NCBI GenBank assembly: GCA_977030845.1
Contig: OZ365119.1
Coordinates: 10,850,001 to 10,914,000, forward strand
Length of the DNA: 64,000 nucleotides
Reading direction: 5' to 3'
Source of the DNA: Fimbriosthenelais zetlandica
Taxonomy: Eukaryota
Below, piece after piece: positions 47,401 to 56,047 of this stretch. A program made the translations under genes and the position numbers. The first letter of the stretch is position 1. Each line of letters starts with the position of its first letter. The notes beneath the pieces were generated by a model. That model had not been told where the DNA came from. It was given only the letters and a program-made list of their open reading frames with translations, and made no database searches.

Positions 47401-48582
47401 GCCCGTTTCTCAGTGACCTTTCTGACCCTGACCTGGCAGCGTTTCTCGGGGATATGTTTAGGGCGACGTGAGGACGAGACGTCATGATGGCGTGATGACG
47501 TGGGAAGACGTGAGGTGGAGACGTGGGTCAGTCAGCGTCTGGATGGAGGGGACGTTTATAACGTCAGATTCAGACGTCTACACACCCACCTCTCCACACC
47601 AGCCCATAACCGGGGCTCCTCCAGATCACAGGCGCCATTTACTTAGCCATAACTCACCCGTCCCTACCTTAAACCAGTCAGCTACTTTACCAACTCTGAA
47701 CTTCCAAAACCAACATTTCGGAATTCTAAGAACATTCAGCTCCGAATCCATTAGATTTCTAAATATATGAGTAGACTTATATGCCACGGTAAACACATGT
47801 CTATGTAGGCCTATCCGATTTCCAGAGTCTAAAGGCCATATTAGTCCATTAGATCTCAGTAGTCCATGAGATTCCTTAATATATATGGATAAACAAAGGT
47901 CCATGGATTCCTGAGTCTATAGCGGCCTAATTATCATAATCTGAAGTAGGAAGCTAACACCCTCAATCAACCAATAGACCTTCACGTCTCATGAAGTCAT
48001 ATAATCTCAATGAATATCCACTATTTCTCCTGGTCTTAATATTAAAACATTTTGGTTACTAAAGCGGGTGATCCACTTTGGCGAAAATGGCCCGCCAATG
48101 TGCGCTAAGCCCCGCTAATGTGCGCTAACCTACCCCGCCAAGGCCCGCCCGACCACCCCCCGCCAATGTGGATCAGCTACCCCCGCCGCGCCCCAACGTT
48201 CGATTGTGCGCTAAGCCCCGCCAGCCCTTCGCGGGATTATCTAGCATGTTTGATATTTTGGCATTGGCGGGGTAAAAAACAGTGCGCTAATGTGGATCAA
48301 CCCAAGAGCGCTGTAGCGCCACCATTGCCATAGGTACAGAATCATTATTGGCGGGACCACTTACTAAAATGCCCCGCTAGTGTGGATCAGTCATTGGCGG
48401 GTTTTGGCAGGCGTCGCAAGGACCGGCAAACCCCGCCAGGAAAACTCCACTAACAAACCGCCAGGTTTTAGCGGGCTAAACCGCTAAAGTGGATCGCGCG
48501 CTTAAGTCTTACCTTCTAAACAGGAATTCTGCAGAACGGAGATCCATAGCAACAGAAGTGCCGTGCAGCACCTAGCGGCCAT
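6664..48582 (-). CDS. robo: Roundabout (Robo) receptor, whole spliced gene model, 21 coding exons, about 1631 aa
   Basis: SP-5xIg-3xFN3-TM-cytoplasmic architecture; all junctions GT..AG with matching phases; summed exon length 4896 nt = 1632 codons including stop; Robo-specific motifs ([21 protein letters not shown], LPPPPxHPPP, ERGPTPPVR, [14 protein letters not shown], RPTSPxSTDSN). Confidence 0.95.
7240..7495 (+). mobile_element. RTE-clade LINE, 5'-truncated 3' fragment
   Basis: ORF 7247-7486 [40 protein letters not shown] resembles the RTE ORF C-terminus (GH..R...EG.I.GKR.RG...W.DNI..WT); short gatta-repeat tail. Confidence 0.7.
7506..7727 (-). CDS. robo: Robo exon 20: [11 protein letters not shown] block
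   Basis: Matches recalled ROBO1 RPTSPVSTDSN; ttttattcatgattag / CAAG|GTGCGT; phase 1-1. Confidence 0.9.
8026..8238 (-). CDS. robo: Robo exon 19: GSMLASW...[22 protein letters not shown]
   Basis: Clear match to recalled ROBO1 GSMINGW...[22 protein letters not shown]; atttcag / AAGG|GTATGT; phase 1-1. Confidence 0.92.
8655..8845. mobile_element. MITE family A (PIF/Harbinger-like)
   Basis: TIR AGCCGGGAATACACTAATCCG...CGGATTAGTGTA; same internal sequence as the other A copies. Confidence 0.85.
8866..9047 (-). CDS. robo: Robo exon 18: cytoplasmic ([15 protein letters not shown]...EVDTVT)
   Basis: gtttcag / CAG|GTCAGT; phase 2-1 bridges exons 17 and 19. Confidence 0.85.
9183..9318. mobile_element. 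MITE family A, degraded partial copy
   Basis: ccttacctagg...attacaagcatttg...gaatagaaata core shared with family A. Confidence 0.7.
9979..10080. repeat. 21-bp minisatellite
   Basis: gacagtgagtagtgactgttg x5. Confidence 0.9.
10105..10819 (-). CDS. robo: Robo exon 17: CC2 ([10 protein letters not shown]) and ERGPTPPVR motif
   Basis: Matches vertebrate ROBO1 LLPPPPAHPPP and [10 protein letters not shown]; ctatctcag acceptor, CAG|GTATAA donor; phase 1-2. Confidence 0.92.
10867..11077. mobile_element. MITE family A, intact 211 bp
   Basis: About 27-bp TIRs, TAA target duplication on both sides. Confidence 0.92.
11922..12092 (-). CDS. robo: Robo exon 16: cytoplasmic exon [14 protein letters not shown]...NSNT
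   Basis: attttcag acceptor, open frame in phase 1, donor CCT|GTAAGG; 171 nt symmetric; no motif homology recognised. Confidence 0.65.
12165..12422. repeat. G-rich gggaca/aggggca degenerate repeat
   Basis: Direct inspection. Confidence 0.9.
12783..12880. mobile_element. MITE family B, internally deleted copy
   Basis: ctactgctgcgattttgcttgcgacact...gtgtcgcaagggaaatcgcagcagtggag. Confidence 0.75.
12968..13168. mobile_element. MITE family B
   Basis: About 40-bp TIR GGACTCCACTGCTGCGATTTTGCTTGCGACACT, right end followed by TAA. Confidence 0.88.
13373..13726 (-). CDS. robo: Robo exon 15: CC1-containing exon
   Basis: AFKTFYNK...CGPYATTTL resembles the vertebrate KTF...TPYATTQL CC1; tttgtag acceptor gives phase 1, donor CAG|GTATGT; 354 nt. 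Confidence 0.9.
13791..13982. mobile_element. MITE family B, diverged
   Basis: ctccactgc...ttgcttgcgacac and gtgtcgcaagcaaaatcgcag ends; ccaaggcctt core. Confidence 0.85.
15360..15424 (-). CDS. robo: Robo exon 14: 65-nt cytoplasmic exon ([21 protein letters not shown])
   Basis: gtatttcag / ATG|GTAAGT; phase 2-1 complements exon 13; no homology recalled. Confidence 0.75.
15570..15780. mobile_element. MITE family A, intact 211 bp
   Basis: TIRs, TTA target duplication. Confidence 0.92.
16771..16801 (-). CDS. robo: Robo exon 13: 31-nt juxtamembrane micro-exon ([11 protein letters not shown])
   Basis: Strong acceptor tttgtttttctcttcacag, donor AG|GTATGT, phase 1-2 required to bridge exon 12 and exon 14. 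Confidence 0.8.
17128..17464 (-). CDS. robo: Robo exon 12: FN3-3 C-half, transmembrane helix, basic stop-transfer segment
   Basis: [19 protein letters not shown]...[14 protein letters not shown]...[36 protein letters not shown]; ctgctgcag / GTGGGT; phase 0-1. Confidence 0.95.
17494..17550. mobile_element. MITE family C, left-end fragment
   Basis: taagcccggcatccactgtacgatc matches the family C left end. Confidence 0.65.
17582..17734. mobile_element. Dispersed palindromic repeat (family F), copy 1
   Basis: tctgtgacgtcac...tttcttccatttattaacaattt...aaccgacctcgg...cccaaacctcggtcggttctatgtat shared with 24881-25124. Confidence 0.75.
17758..17873 (-). CDS. robo: Robo exon 11: FN3-3 N-half
   Basis: [39 protein letters not shown]; gttgacag / GTCAGT; phase 1-0 (acceptor present in five copies, see findings). 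Confidence 0.93.
17862..18131. repeat. 60-bp tandem array containing the exon-11 acceptor x5
   Basis: gcactgtcaa at 17871, 17931, 17991, 18051, 18111. Confidence 0.97.
18150..18418. repeat. Two adjacent short-period arrays (agaacttatgtaatggccctaa; 10-bp acgtgatgtt)
   Basis: Direct inspection; together they fill intron 10 between the donor and the 60-bp array. Confidence 0.9.
18424..18685 (-). CDS. robo: Robo exon 10: FN3-2
   Basis: [16 protein letters not shown]...[25 protein letters not shown]; gtttcag / GTACGT; phase 0-1. Confidence 0.93.
19065..19280 (-). mobile_element. Possible degenerate tRNA-headed SINE
   Basis: gttggtcagagtg...ggtcggtggttcaatcc B-box-like head followed by unrelated body; weak. 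Confidence 0.3.
19309..19590 (-). CDS. robo: Robo exon 9: FN3-1 C-half + FN3-2 start
   Basis: [41 protein letters not shown]...[10 protein letters not shown]; ttttttcag / GTAAGT; phase 0-0. Confidence 0.95.
19735..19815. repeat. 15-bp minisatellite tcaactaatttgaat
   Basis: About 6 units. Confidence 0.9.
19935..20125 (-). CDS. robo: Robo exon 8: linker + FN3-1 N-half
   Basis: [39 protein letters not shown]...[12 protein letters not shown]; catgcag / GTCAGT; phase 1-0. Confidence 0.93.
20467..20669. mobile_element. MITE family B, 203 bp, opposite orientation to the 13791 copy
   Basis: TIRs, TAA duplication. Confidence 0.88.
20689..20976 (-). CDS. robo: Robo exon 7: Ig5
   Basis: [15 protein letters not shown]...[17 protein letters not shown]...[32 protein letters not shown]; ttttag / GTCAGT; phase 1-1. 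Confidence 0.95.
21254..21555. repeat. 37-bp AT-rich minisatellite
   Basis: ttcactttacaaacatgataataaattcattatatcc, about 8 units. Confidence 0.95.
21635..21919 (-). CDS. robo: Robo exon 6: Ig4
   Basis: [39 protein letters not shown]...[15 protein letters not shown]; tttccag / GTTAGT; phase 1-1. Confidence 0.95.
21905..22037. repeat. 48-bp tandem array containing the exon-6 acceptor x3 (further copies near 22242-22290 and 22532-22580)
   Basis: ggaaggtggggtgagctggaaatgag at 21905, 21953, 22001. Confidence 0.97.
22291..22530. mobile_element. Probable truncated non-autonomous DNA element inserted in the exon-6 acceptor array
   Basis: Starts ttaaggccacattttttttattg with cggacccgccgac subrepeats; flanked by copies of the 48-bp unit. 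Confidence 0.5.
22962..23228 (-). CDS. robo: Robo exon 5: Ig3
   Basis: [39 protein letters not shown]...[14 protein letters not shown]; cttacag / GTAAGT; phase 1-1. Confidence 0.95.
23590..24245. repeat. Diverged direct tandem duplication, period about 334 bp
   Basis: cggccccatgctactactccaccaccggcaaaactggg at 23654 and 23988; gagcttacaggcttatagccagagaatg in both halves. Confidence 0.9.
24635..24770 (-). CDS. robo: Robo exon 4: Ig2 C-half
   Basis: [45 protein letters not shown]; ttttatag / GTCAGT; phase 0-1. Confidence 0.95.
24881..25124. mobile_element. Dispersed palindromic repeat (family F), copy 2, with expanded central palindrome
   Basis: Same flanks as copy 1 plus a catatcaacacc...ggtgttgatatg hairpin. 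Confidence 0.75.
25147..25289 (-). CDS. robo: Robo exon 3: Ig2 N-half
   Basis: [40 protein letters not shown]; ctttcag / GTATAG; phase 1-0. Confidence 0.95.
25312..25590. repeat. 33/33/34-bp minisatellite abutting the exon-3 acceptor
   Basis: aaatcagtat at 25313, 25346, 25379, 25413, 25446, 25479, 25513, 25546, 25579. Confidence 0.97.
28446..28769 (-). CDS. robo: Robo exon 2: Ig1 (Slit-binding)
   Basis: [27 protein letters not shown]...[17 protein letters not shown]...YYCVATN...SRNATLEI; tttaacag acceptor, GTAAG donor, phase 1-1. Confidence 0.97.
29353..29580. mobile_element. MITE family C, 228 bp
   Basis: AGCCCGAYATCCAC...GTGGATGTCGGG(C/T)T ends, TTA duplication. Confidence 0.85.
30711..30917. 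mobile_element. MITE subfamily A-prime, 207 bp, long palindromic arms
   Basis: AGCCTGG...CCAGGCT ends, TTA duplication, shares tatatttcta / attacaagcatt with family A. Confidence 0.8.
30956..31167. mobile_element. MITE family A, 212 bp, opposite orientation to the 10867 copy
   Basis: TIRs; internal sequence is the reverse complement of 10867-11077. Confidence 0.9.
31200..31411. mobile_element. MITE family B, intact 212 bp
   Basis: AGCCGGGACTCCACTGCTGCGA TIRs, TTA duplication. Confidence 0.92.
32817..33142. repeat. 25-bp minisatellite tcccaaccagtccatccaccacccc, about 13 units
   Basis: Period 25; source of several spurious ORFs. Confidence 0.97.
33615..33832. repeat. 43-bp purine-rich minisatellite x5
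   Basis: agatgtggag at 33621, 33664, 33707. Confidence 0.95.
34770..34870. promoter_or_regulatory. CpG-rich promoter-like element within Robo intron 1
   Basis: AATCTCGCGAGATT palindrome (TCTCGCGAGA/BANP-type motif) and TGCGCCTGCGCA (NRF1-type) within 80 bp. Confidence 0.4.
36583..36797. mobile_element. MITE family C, 215 bp
   Basis: TIRs, TAA duplication, internal similarity to the 29353 copy. Confidence 0.88.
38320..38475. repeat. About 20-bp AT-rich repeat aaacagtaatattctgatgtt
   Basis: Direct inspection. Confidence 0.85.
42883..43074. mobile_element. MITE family A, 192 bp (internal deletions)
   Basis: TIRs, TAA duplication. Confidence 0.9.
43852..44226. repeat. 22-bp minisatellite cctgacaacaagacgcgggcct, about 17 units with variant interspersion
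   Basis: Period 22. Confidence 0.97.
46453..46659. mobile_element. MITE family A, 207 bp
   Basis: TIRs, TAA duplication. Confidence 0.92.
47075..47368. repeat. GA-rich compound microsatellite
   Basis: Direct inspection. Confidence 0.9.
48063..48502. mobile_element. MITE family D, 440 bp, GC-rich with internal ccccgc/gcgctaa subrepeats
   Basis: TIR AGCGGGTGATCCACTTTGGCG versus reverse complement AGCGCGCGATCCACTTTAGCG; TAA duplication. Confidence 0.8.
48513..48582 (-). CDS. robo: Robo coding exon 1: signal peptide [23 protein letters not shown](A)
   Basis: ATG in strong context (aatATGg), hydrophobic core, ends G|GTAAGA phase 1 and joins exon 2 as ...[13 protein letters not shown]; the exon has its own acceptor (ttttgttttcag at 48681-48682), so it spans 48513-48680 including 98 nt of 5'UTR. 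Confidence 0.85.
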
Positions 48583-48660
48583 ATTTGCAAGCACCAGTCA
48601 TGTGACCAGCGTCTGGTAGAACGTCAACTTAATCCACAATCACGACTTCCGCTTCCGCAT
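48572..48660 (-). promoter_or_regulatory. Two uORFs in the Robo 5'UTR
   Basis: MRKRKS* (48660-48640) and MTGACKYGR* (48601-48572, overlapping the main ATG out of frame). Confidence 0.7.
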
Positions 48661-49434
48661 TGTGATTATCACTCTTGGTCCTGAAAACAAAATGGAAAAC
48701 TACATTAGTTATCTGAGATGCATGTTCAGTCTTTGCAGTCTTTGCGAAATAGTTTTTCGCAGGATAGCACAAGCCCCCACTGGACATGACTAGCCGCACT
48801 CTGCGAAAAATAAACCATGCTCCAACTTAACTCTGTTGAATACCCAGAAAAACTTGATGTATATGATTAAGAAAATGGCGTCCAAAACATTCTGTTACGA
48901 TTTCTGACACGATTTTTGCGCAGCACTTTCTTATTTTACTACTAAATTCTTCACGTTTGTTATCAAAGAGTTCATATAGATTTAGCATCTCATGTTGGAT
49001 ATGTGGGGGGGGGGGCAGTTAACATCTTTTTCTCCCAGCCTCTCTTTCGTGCATGGGCTCTCTCTCCCAGTCTATCACTTTCTTTCGTGGGCTCTCCCTC
49101 TATCTCCTCCCTCTCTCTTCTCCCTCTCTCTGGACCTATTTATCTATTCTCCCTCTCTCTTCTCCCTCTGCCTCTGAATGTCCATTTCTCATCCAGGGGG
49201 TCTGGTGCCGTCTCTCAATCTCGCCGACTATAGTAAACATCTTACAGTAAGCACCTCTCAGTAAAAACACCGCTCACCAAAGTGTACAAGTTGTCTGCGT
49301 CTCACACAATGATCTCCCACACCTCCACCAACACGCTCTCTCCTACCATCAACTGTTTGTGGATGAGGAATGCTGGGAACGCAGCTTCTATATAAACTAC
49401 TCATTCTATCACGATCTCTCCTCCTTCACCCTCC

Positions 49435-49690
49435 CCTAAAACTTCCCCGCCCTCCCCTTAAACTTCCCCACAACCCCTTAAACTTCCCCATCCTCTCCTT
49501 AAACTTCCCCACCCTCCCCTTAAACTTCCCCACAACCACTTAAACTTCCCTTCACAACCCCTTAAACTTCCCCGCGACACCTTAAACTTCCCTCCACAAC
49601 CCCTTAAACTTCCCTTCACAACCCCTTAAACTTCCCCAACACCTTAAAATTTCCTTAAAACCCTTTTTTTTCCAAAGCCCTTAAACTTTT
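49435..49690. repeat. cttaaacttcccc 21-22-bp repeat
   Basis: Direct inspection. Confidence 0.9.
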
Positions 49691-50028
49691 CCGCGCAAAA
49701 GTCTAAAGGACAACCGTGTACAATACGGAATGTTTAGATTAATAATAGTTTAACAGTTTAACAGAAGTTTAATGAGATGGGGGAGGGCGTATAGAGAGAT
49801 TTCTGTCCTTCAAATGATATTGTTTAGCCCCAACGGATACACTACAAGTGTAGAGTGGAGTGTGTCCAAGCAGCCTCTCTGTGCACCATTGTATAGGGTG
49901 AGGATTTAGTCTCCAGTCTGTGAGATGAGACAGGATTATCATCACCTCGTGACCAGCATACAAACCAAGACTGAGATCATCTCTACACCCATATATTCAC
50001 CACTCCTCCTATAGAAAGGCCCACTACA

Positions 50029-50324
50029 NNNNNNNNNNNNNNNNNNNNNNNNNNNNNNNNNNNNNNNNNNNNNNNNNNNNNNNNNNNNNNNNNNNNNNNN
50101 NNNNNNNNNNNNNNNNNNNNNNNNNNNNNNNNNNNNNNNNNNNNNNNNNNNNNNNNNNNNNNNNNNNNNNNNNNNNNNNNNNNNNNNNNNNNNNNNNNNN
50201 NNNNNNNNNNNNNNNNNNNNNNNNNNNNNNNNNNNNNNNNNNNNNNNNNNNNNNNNNNNNNNNNNNNNNNNNNNNNNNNNNNNNNNNNNNNNNNNNNNNN
50301 NNNNNNNNNNNNNNNNNNNNNNNN
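50029..50324. other. Assembly gap (296 N)
   Basis: Run of N. Confidence 1.
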
Positions 50325-51617
50325 AGCGACTAGACCAACAACAATGAGCCACCAGCGGCCAAAATCAATAATCCCAAATCTGAAACGCTGCTTGTTGATT
50401 ATGAAATGATTATGAAACGACTGGAGGATGTTATGGTACGTCTGAAGGTGCGAGTCATTAGTGAGCAAAATAAATCCAAGATGAGCAACTCATAAACTCC
50501 CTCATGATTACCACCTCCTGTGGGAAACTCCTTCATGGAAAACGAGGAAAAAATGTTAAATGGCAAAGTACTTCAACAAAGATGGCAGACAAAGGTTAAT
50601 ATATCTCCACTGGGGGCATGGCAAGCATCTTAGACACTGTATAATCAGTTTCCATCTTTTTAACAGTTTTCATTTTGTAAAAAGATTAGAAAGTATCTTT
50701 GTTGTATAATGAAGTCCCGTGTAGCTTGTGGGGAGAGGCCTCCCGCTAGACGGAGCTGAGAGCTTCATGTCATGGATTATGATAGATGGGCAATTCATGA
50801 GACTTCATAGACAAAGTGTGGGTTATCTTTAGACCTCGGGATATCCACATAAAACCCCCTCAAGGTAGCGAGGTTTCACTGCCGTCCACACTCACATAAA
50901 CACCGGAAACCTGAACAGGGAGCATGGTACAGAACCTGGTCCCGCCACGTCACACGAGAAGTGTGTACTACGTCACTTAATCTGCGGAGGACGTCATTTA
51001 ATCTGTGAAGAACGTCACCTGAAGCTGCGTTCAGACCTGTTGAGACCAGAGTCAAGATAGTCTTGATGGAGTCTTTGAATTTGTATTGATATTTATTTTA
51101 GGAAATGCTGTGGTATATCAGTCAAATTCTTGAGATTTGTAAAGCTGAATTCCCCTCGGAATCGTTGGAAAATGTGCTGGGAATCTTTCAAGACATTAAA
51201 AGATGATGGGCACATGAGCTTTTCTAGTGAGGTGAAAGGCTAGAGTAGAGGCTTGGGAATAGTGTAACTAGTAAGCCAGGTAAAGCGGGCAGGTAAAGAG
51301 ATGAGGAAGACAAACAAACGCAGGTGTATACTCTCCTACTGGTCCTATTCTAGCTACATGATCAGGTGGAGCAGGGGGAGCAGGGGGAGCAGGGGGAGCA
51401 GGGGGAACAGGGGGCAGGACGGAAAAACAAAGTGTTTACAGGAGCAGGAAGTATCCTGTGTGTAACACGGGGGAAGACGAGGCAGTGAGAAGGATGTGGG
51501 CACATCCTGTGGTCTCCCACAACACCAACAAACTCACTCACATCGCAACAATCTCAAACAACACAGATACAATGGCTGAGGTCTAAGGTTCCAAGGAAGT
51601 TCAATGCAGCTAACTGA

Positions 51618-51905
51618 GATGCCAAAGGTCCATGTCTATGGCTGGAGTCTCCAAGCCAATTTAGATGCCAAAGGTCCATGTCTATGGCTGGAGTCTCAAA
51701 GCCAATTTAGATGCCAAAGGTCCATGTCTATGGCTGGAGTCTCAAAGCCAATTTAGATGCCAAAGGTCCATGTCTATGGCTGGAGTCTCAAAGCCAATTT
51801 AGATGCCAAAGGTCCATGTCTATGGCTGGAGTCTCAAAGCCAATTTAGATGCCAAAGGTCCATGTCTATGGCTGGAGTCTCCAAGCGAATTTAGAGGCCA
51901 AAGGC
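51618..51905. repeat. 46-bp minisatellite x6
   Basis: gatgccaaagg at 51618, 51664, 51710. Confidence 0.97.
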
Positions 51906-54900
51906 CAGCCCATATGTCTATGGCAGGAGGTTCGAACCTAACTAAGAAGCTTATGTCTATGGCAGGAATCTAACTGCATCTATATGAGCCGATAGCGTGT
52001 TTCCTATTCGTCCTGACACAATATAAATAGCTGACTGGATATTAAAGTATGTTTCCACTCTCACTATGATCTATGGATCAATAGGCGCGGATACAGTATG
52101 TATTAACCATATTGAGGACAAACAATGAGCTGTATATATGTGGATTAGTGTGTAGAGATTAGCGGTATGCATGTCACAGGGTTATAAACAAGATTAACGA
52201 TAATTCTCACAGAGATTAGGAGGGGTCAAGCCCGGTCATGATCCCATCTATCATGATATTAGTCCATGTCACAGGCAAATCCCTGCTCTACTCGTGTATA
52301 TGTCAAGTAGTAGACATGACTAATAATCAAACTGAAAAGGCTACACAGATGTATAGATGTATAGATATAGCAGATACCACCGATGATCAAGGCTCTAATC
52401 AAGAGTATAGAACCAAGTACTATTGATGGATTAACCATATTCCAATGACCTACGAGTAAATGACTGATTAAATGCCATAGATTTAAGATATTTATTTAAA
52501 CAAAAATCGCTGTGAGGGGAAATTTACGCAATAAAAAGTTGAAGAACGAGGATATAAAAGTGCATTAAAAATCTTCTAGATGATGATATGTTATCATACA
52601 TACCCTCAGGTCTAATCTAGGTGGAATAGATGGCAAGGTTAACAAGATTAATAGATTCCATCTGTTCTTGGTGCTGTGTAGGCCCGCCAGTTAACTATAA
52701 TTCACGGCGGTGCGTATTTAGATACGTTATCAAGGTTTAGATAGAGCACCGAGCCTCACATATCACCCTGAGACGATAGAAGACTTGACATGACAAGAAT
52801 GCACATTCATCAAGTCATAGAGATGATATTCACATGAATTCTGGTATATATAACAGCTGACGTATCTCTGTCTGCCTCCCTTTCTTCTTCTCTCTACATT
52901 TCCCTTCCATCTCTTTACCTTCGCTGCCAATGTTACCAGGTAGGTGATCGGCCATGTTGGATATTAAAGCCTCATACTTAAACATGTTAGAGAGACATGG
53001 AGCACATAAACATGGAGCACATGTAACCATAGAAACATGGAGCACATGTAACAATAGAAACATGGTCCAGCAGCTTCCAAACGCTGCAGCTGTAGAACCA
53101 CCACCGTCCTTGTACTGGAGAACCACCACCGTCCCTGTACTGGAGAACCTAGTTCCCAGCCAGCATAAAGACAACTGATTCCCTGTCTGATTCCCTGTCT
53201 GACTCCCGCCATAATTACTGGTGAATTACACGCTAACTCTGGCCGGAACAGAGAGAAATCTGTTATACTTTAACAGTGTTAATAATGTGGGTTCCAGTCT
53301 GGGTTTTGGAGTATATCAAAGTATGGAATAGGATGTACTGGCTGACCTAAAGCCAGCTCCAGTGAGTCTGCGGTTAACCCATGAGTGGGGGCTAGTGTAC
53401 TGTTAAGTTTAGAGAATGTCTAACATATTTAGAATATTTATCAGAGTGCATGACCACTGGCAAATTAGCAATACATAAAAGCCCAGTGTTCTGTTGTTTC
53501 TCTGGCAGAATAAAACATGAAGGTTGTTTTTTTTCACAAAAGAAATATCCGATTACTTTGGTCTCAGTGAGTCGTGATCAATTTACAAAGGACTTACTCC
53601 AGAGACTGCATCTGTGGTCTAGACAAATAGTTGGGAGAACAGAATGAGGAACTTCCTCAGAGAATGAGCAAGTCTTTCTCAACGAATGAGCAACTCTTCT
53701 TCAAAGAATGGGAAAATCTTTCTCGAAGCTTTAAGAATGGGAACGGGAAGAATGGGAAAATCTTTCTCAAAGAAGGAGCAATTCTTTCTCAAAAGAGCAA
53801 CTCTTTCCACATGTGAATGCCCTATTTGTATGTAACAGTCCATGGAGGATTATCTGTCTATTTCTCCAAGCCAGGAACAACACGGATTACCTAATGACAC
53901 TGATCTTAATCCATGGTCTCAGGTCTCGTAATCTTATAAAACTTAACATTCACAAACAGCCCAGTCATGGAAGGTTAGTTAATCCACGGGTGGTCTACAC
54001 CTTATGTTTCTATACTCTGTGACAACTCATGTACACAGGGCGTACAGGAGTCATTCATTCATACACAGAGACACGTTTAGTTACAAGAGAGGTGGTGGGG
54101 AGTATAGTATGGCATGTATACTCACCTAAGGTGCTAAAATCCAGTGTTTATCAACTAGATTATCACTCTGACATAATCCCTCAGCCGGAACATGTACACC
54201 CAGTCTTAATCCCTGCCTTAGGTGTTAGAGGGGAAGGTATTAATGTTAATCCATGTAAACCAGGACGGTTATACTAATCCTTAATGTAACATGTGTCTAC
54301 ATGTAACATATTATTCAATGGCTTCTAACACATAAGATTATGTTTAAGATATATAAATGATAAAATAAAGTGCCTGAAAATGGAGGCAGAACTAACCCTT
54401 ATGACATAATACTGAGCCTATAGGAGCAAGCTGACTTATATTATATGAGCAATCCATAGTAATAACATACTAGAATATAAGCCTCTAAGGCTAATCCTCC
54501 CATCCTCCCACAGCAGGGCATCTTTCCTCTGTTTCATCTTAGAGTAAAATTACTCTAAGGTTTCATAAACTCCAGTGTGGTTGCATCTGGACCTGCTAGG
54601 GGAGGGTGGATACACCCTCACAAACATGACTCGTTGGGAAGACCAAAGGGTTATAAAATTGTTTAGGATGATTAGGAGATGTAGGTGGAGGAGGGGGAAG
54701 CTATCACTGTGAAGATGAGTGAGGGGAGGGCAGGGAAGCTGTGTTAGTTGGGGTTAAATTTGAGGGTTATCACATCCCACTCAGAAAGACAGAGCTGAGA
54801 GTTGAGATAAGTCTCAAGTAGAGTCTGAAATAAGACAGAGACAGAAGCTGGAATGAGCGTAAAACCATCTCATCTCTATAAACCCGACCCTCTCACTGGC

Positions 54901-55942
54901 CTGTAGTCGAGCCAAGGTCTCTCATATTGCTTATAGAATCCAGGTTATAGTTATGTGTATAAACGAGGATTGTGTTCCTACCAGTCCACAAAAAAAATTG
55001 TTCTCATAAGTACTTCCTATTTTGGAAGTCAATTTGGAATAAAATTTCTAACACCAAGAATCCAGGTTATAGACAGCACACTTTTATATAAATATCTGAC
55101 GTAAAATATATTGCAATTCCCATTTGAATGGAAAGAATGCCATGGATTTTCTACAATATTAATAGTAGCTACAGTATTGGTTTGTTCAGATACTATTATC
55201 AGCCTGACCGTCGTTAATTTAAAGGGTTAAAATCCTATCTTGAAATCTTATTAGAATATCTTCATTCAGCTGGACGGATCGTAGAGGAAATGGTTGAGAT
55301 CTTGTCTTTGAGATGACTTCCAGAGATGAAGGACACGAACAAGTTTAACAGAGCAAATCACTTTTCCTTCAATGAATGTCATTCTCAACTCATGACAAGA
55401 CGTTGATCACAAACAGGGGCAAGTTAAAAGACAGACAATCCCCGGCACCCATCACCCATCACCCATCACTCGGCAATGTCTACTAATGCTAGTCTAACGT
55501 GTAGAGAGGTGCAGGTGATGGACAACCAAAACAACCCAAATATTCACTCACTTTTCTTACCATTTTCAATTTGACATATCTCATAAAGAGATATAGAGAG
55601 AGATAGAGATGGTGGGAGATTCATCAAACGCTAGATAAGAACAACGTGCAAAGTTATATCAAGTTTGGCTGCTTGGTAAACGGAAGTGGCAGCTCTAACT
55701 TCCGGTGTGACAAGGCTAACATAAAGGGAGCAGAGATGTAAATATTTGTCACCTGGAGGGCAATTATGGCATCAATCTGAAGGATAAATGTTACCCCGTT
55801 TGTTTTAAGTTGAGATAAGTTGAGAAGGGTACGAGGGGGAGGGTGTGAGGGGTGTGAGGTGTGTGAGGGGTACATCAGGCATTCACAGCGGATGTTAGGT
55901 GTAAACATTCATGTTAGCGTATCACTACGCCCCTCCCTCAAC

Positions 55943-56047
55943 CATATATAACAAAACCAAGATGGCCGCCATATCAACGATATATAACAAAACCAAGATG
56001 GCCGCCATATCAACGATATATAACAAACCCAAGATGGCCGCCATATC
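55943..56047. repeat. 36-bp triplicate containing AAGATGGCCGCCAT
   Basis: aagatggccgcc at 55959, 55995, 56031. Confidence 0.92.

Noticed and set aside
49942-50468. ORFs spanning the N run
   Set aside because: Artefacts of the assembly gap
50870-51216. Apparent long minus-strand reading frame
   Set aside because: Careful reading shows a stop after 40 codons (CTA AAA TAA); no homology recognised
51618-51905. 46-bp repeat as a CRISPR array
   Set aside because: No spacers; a plain minisatellite
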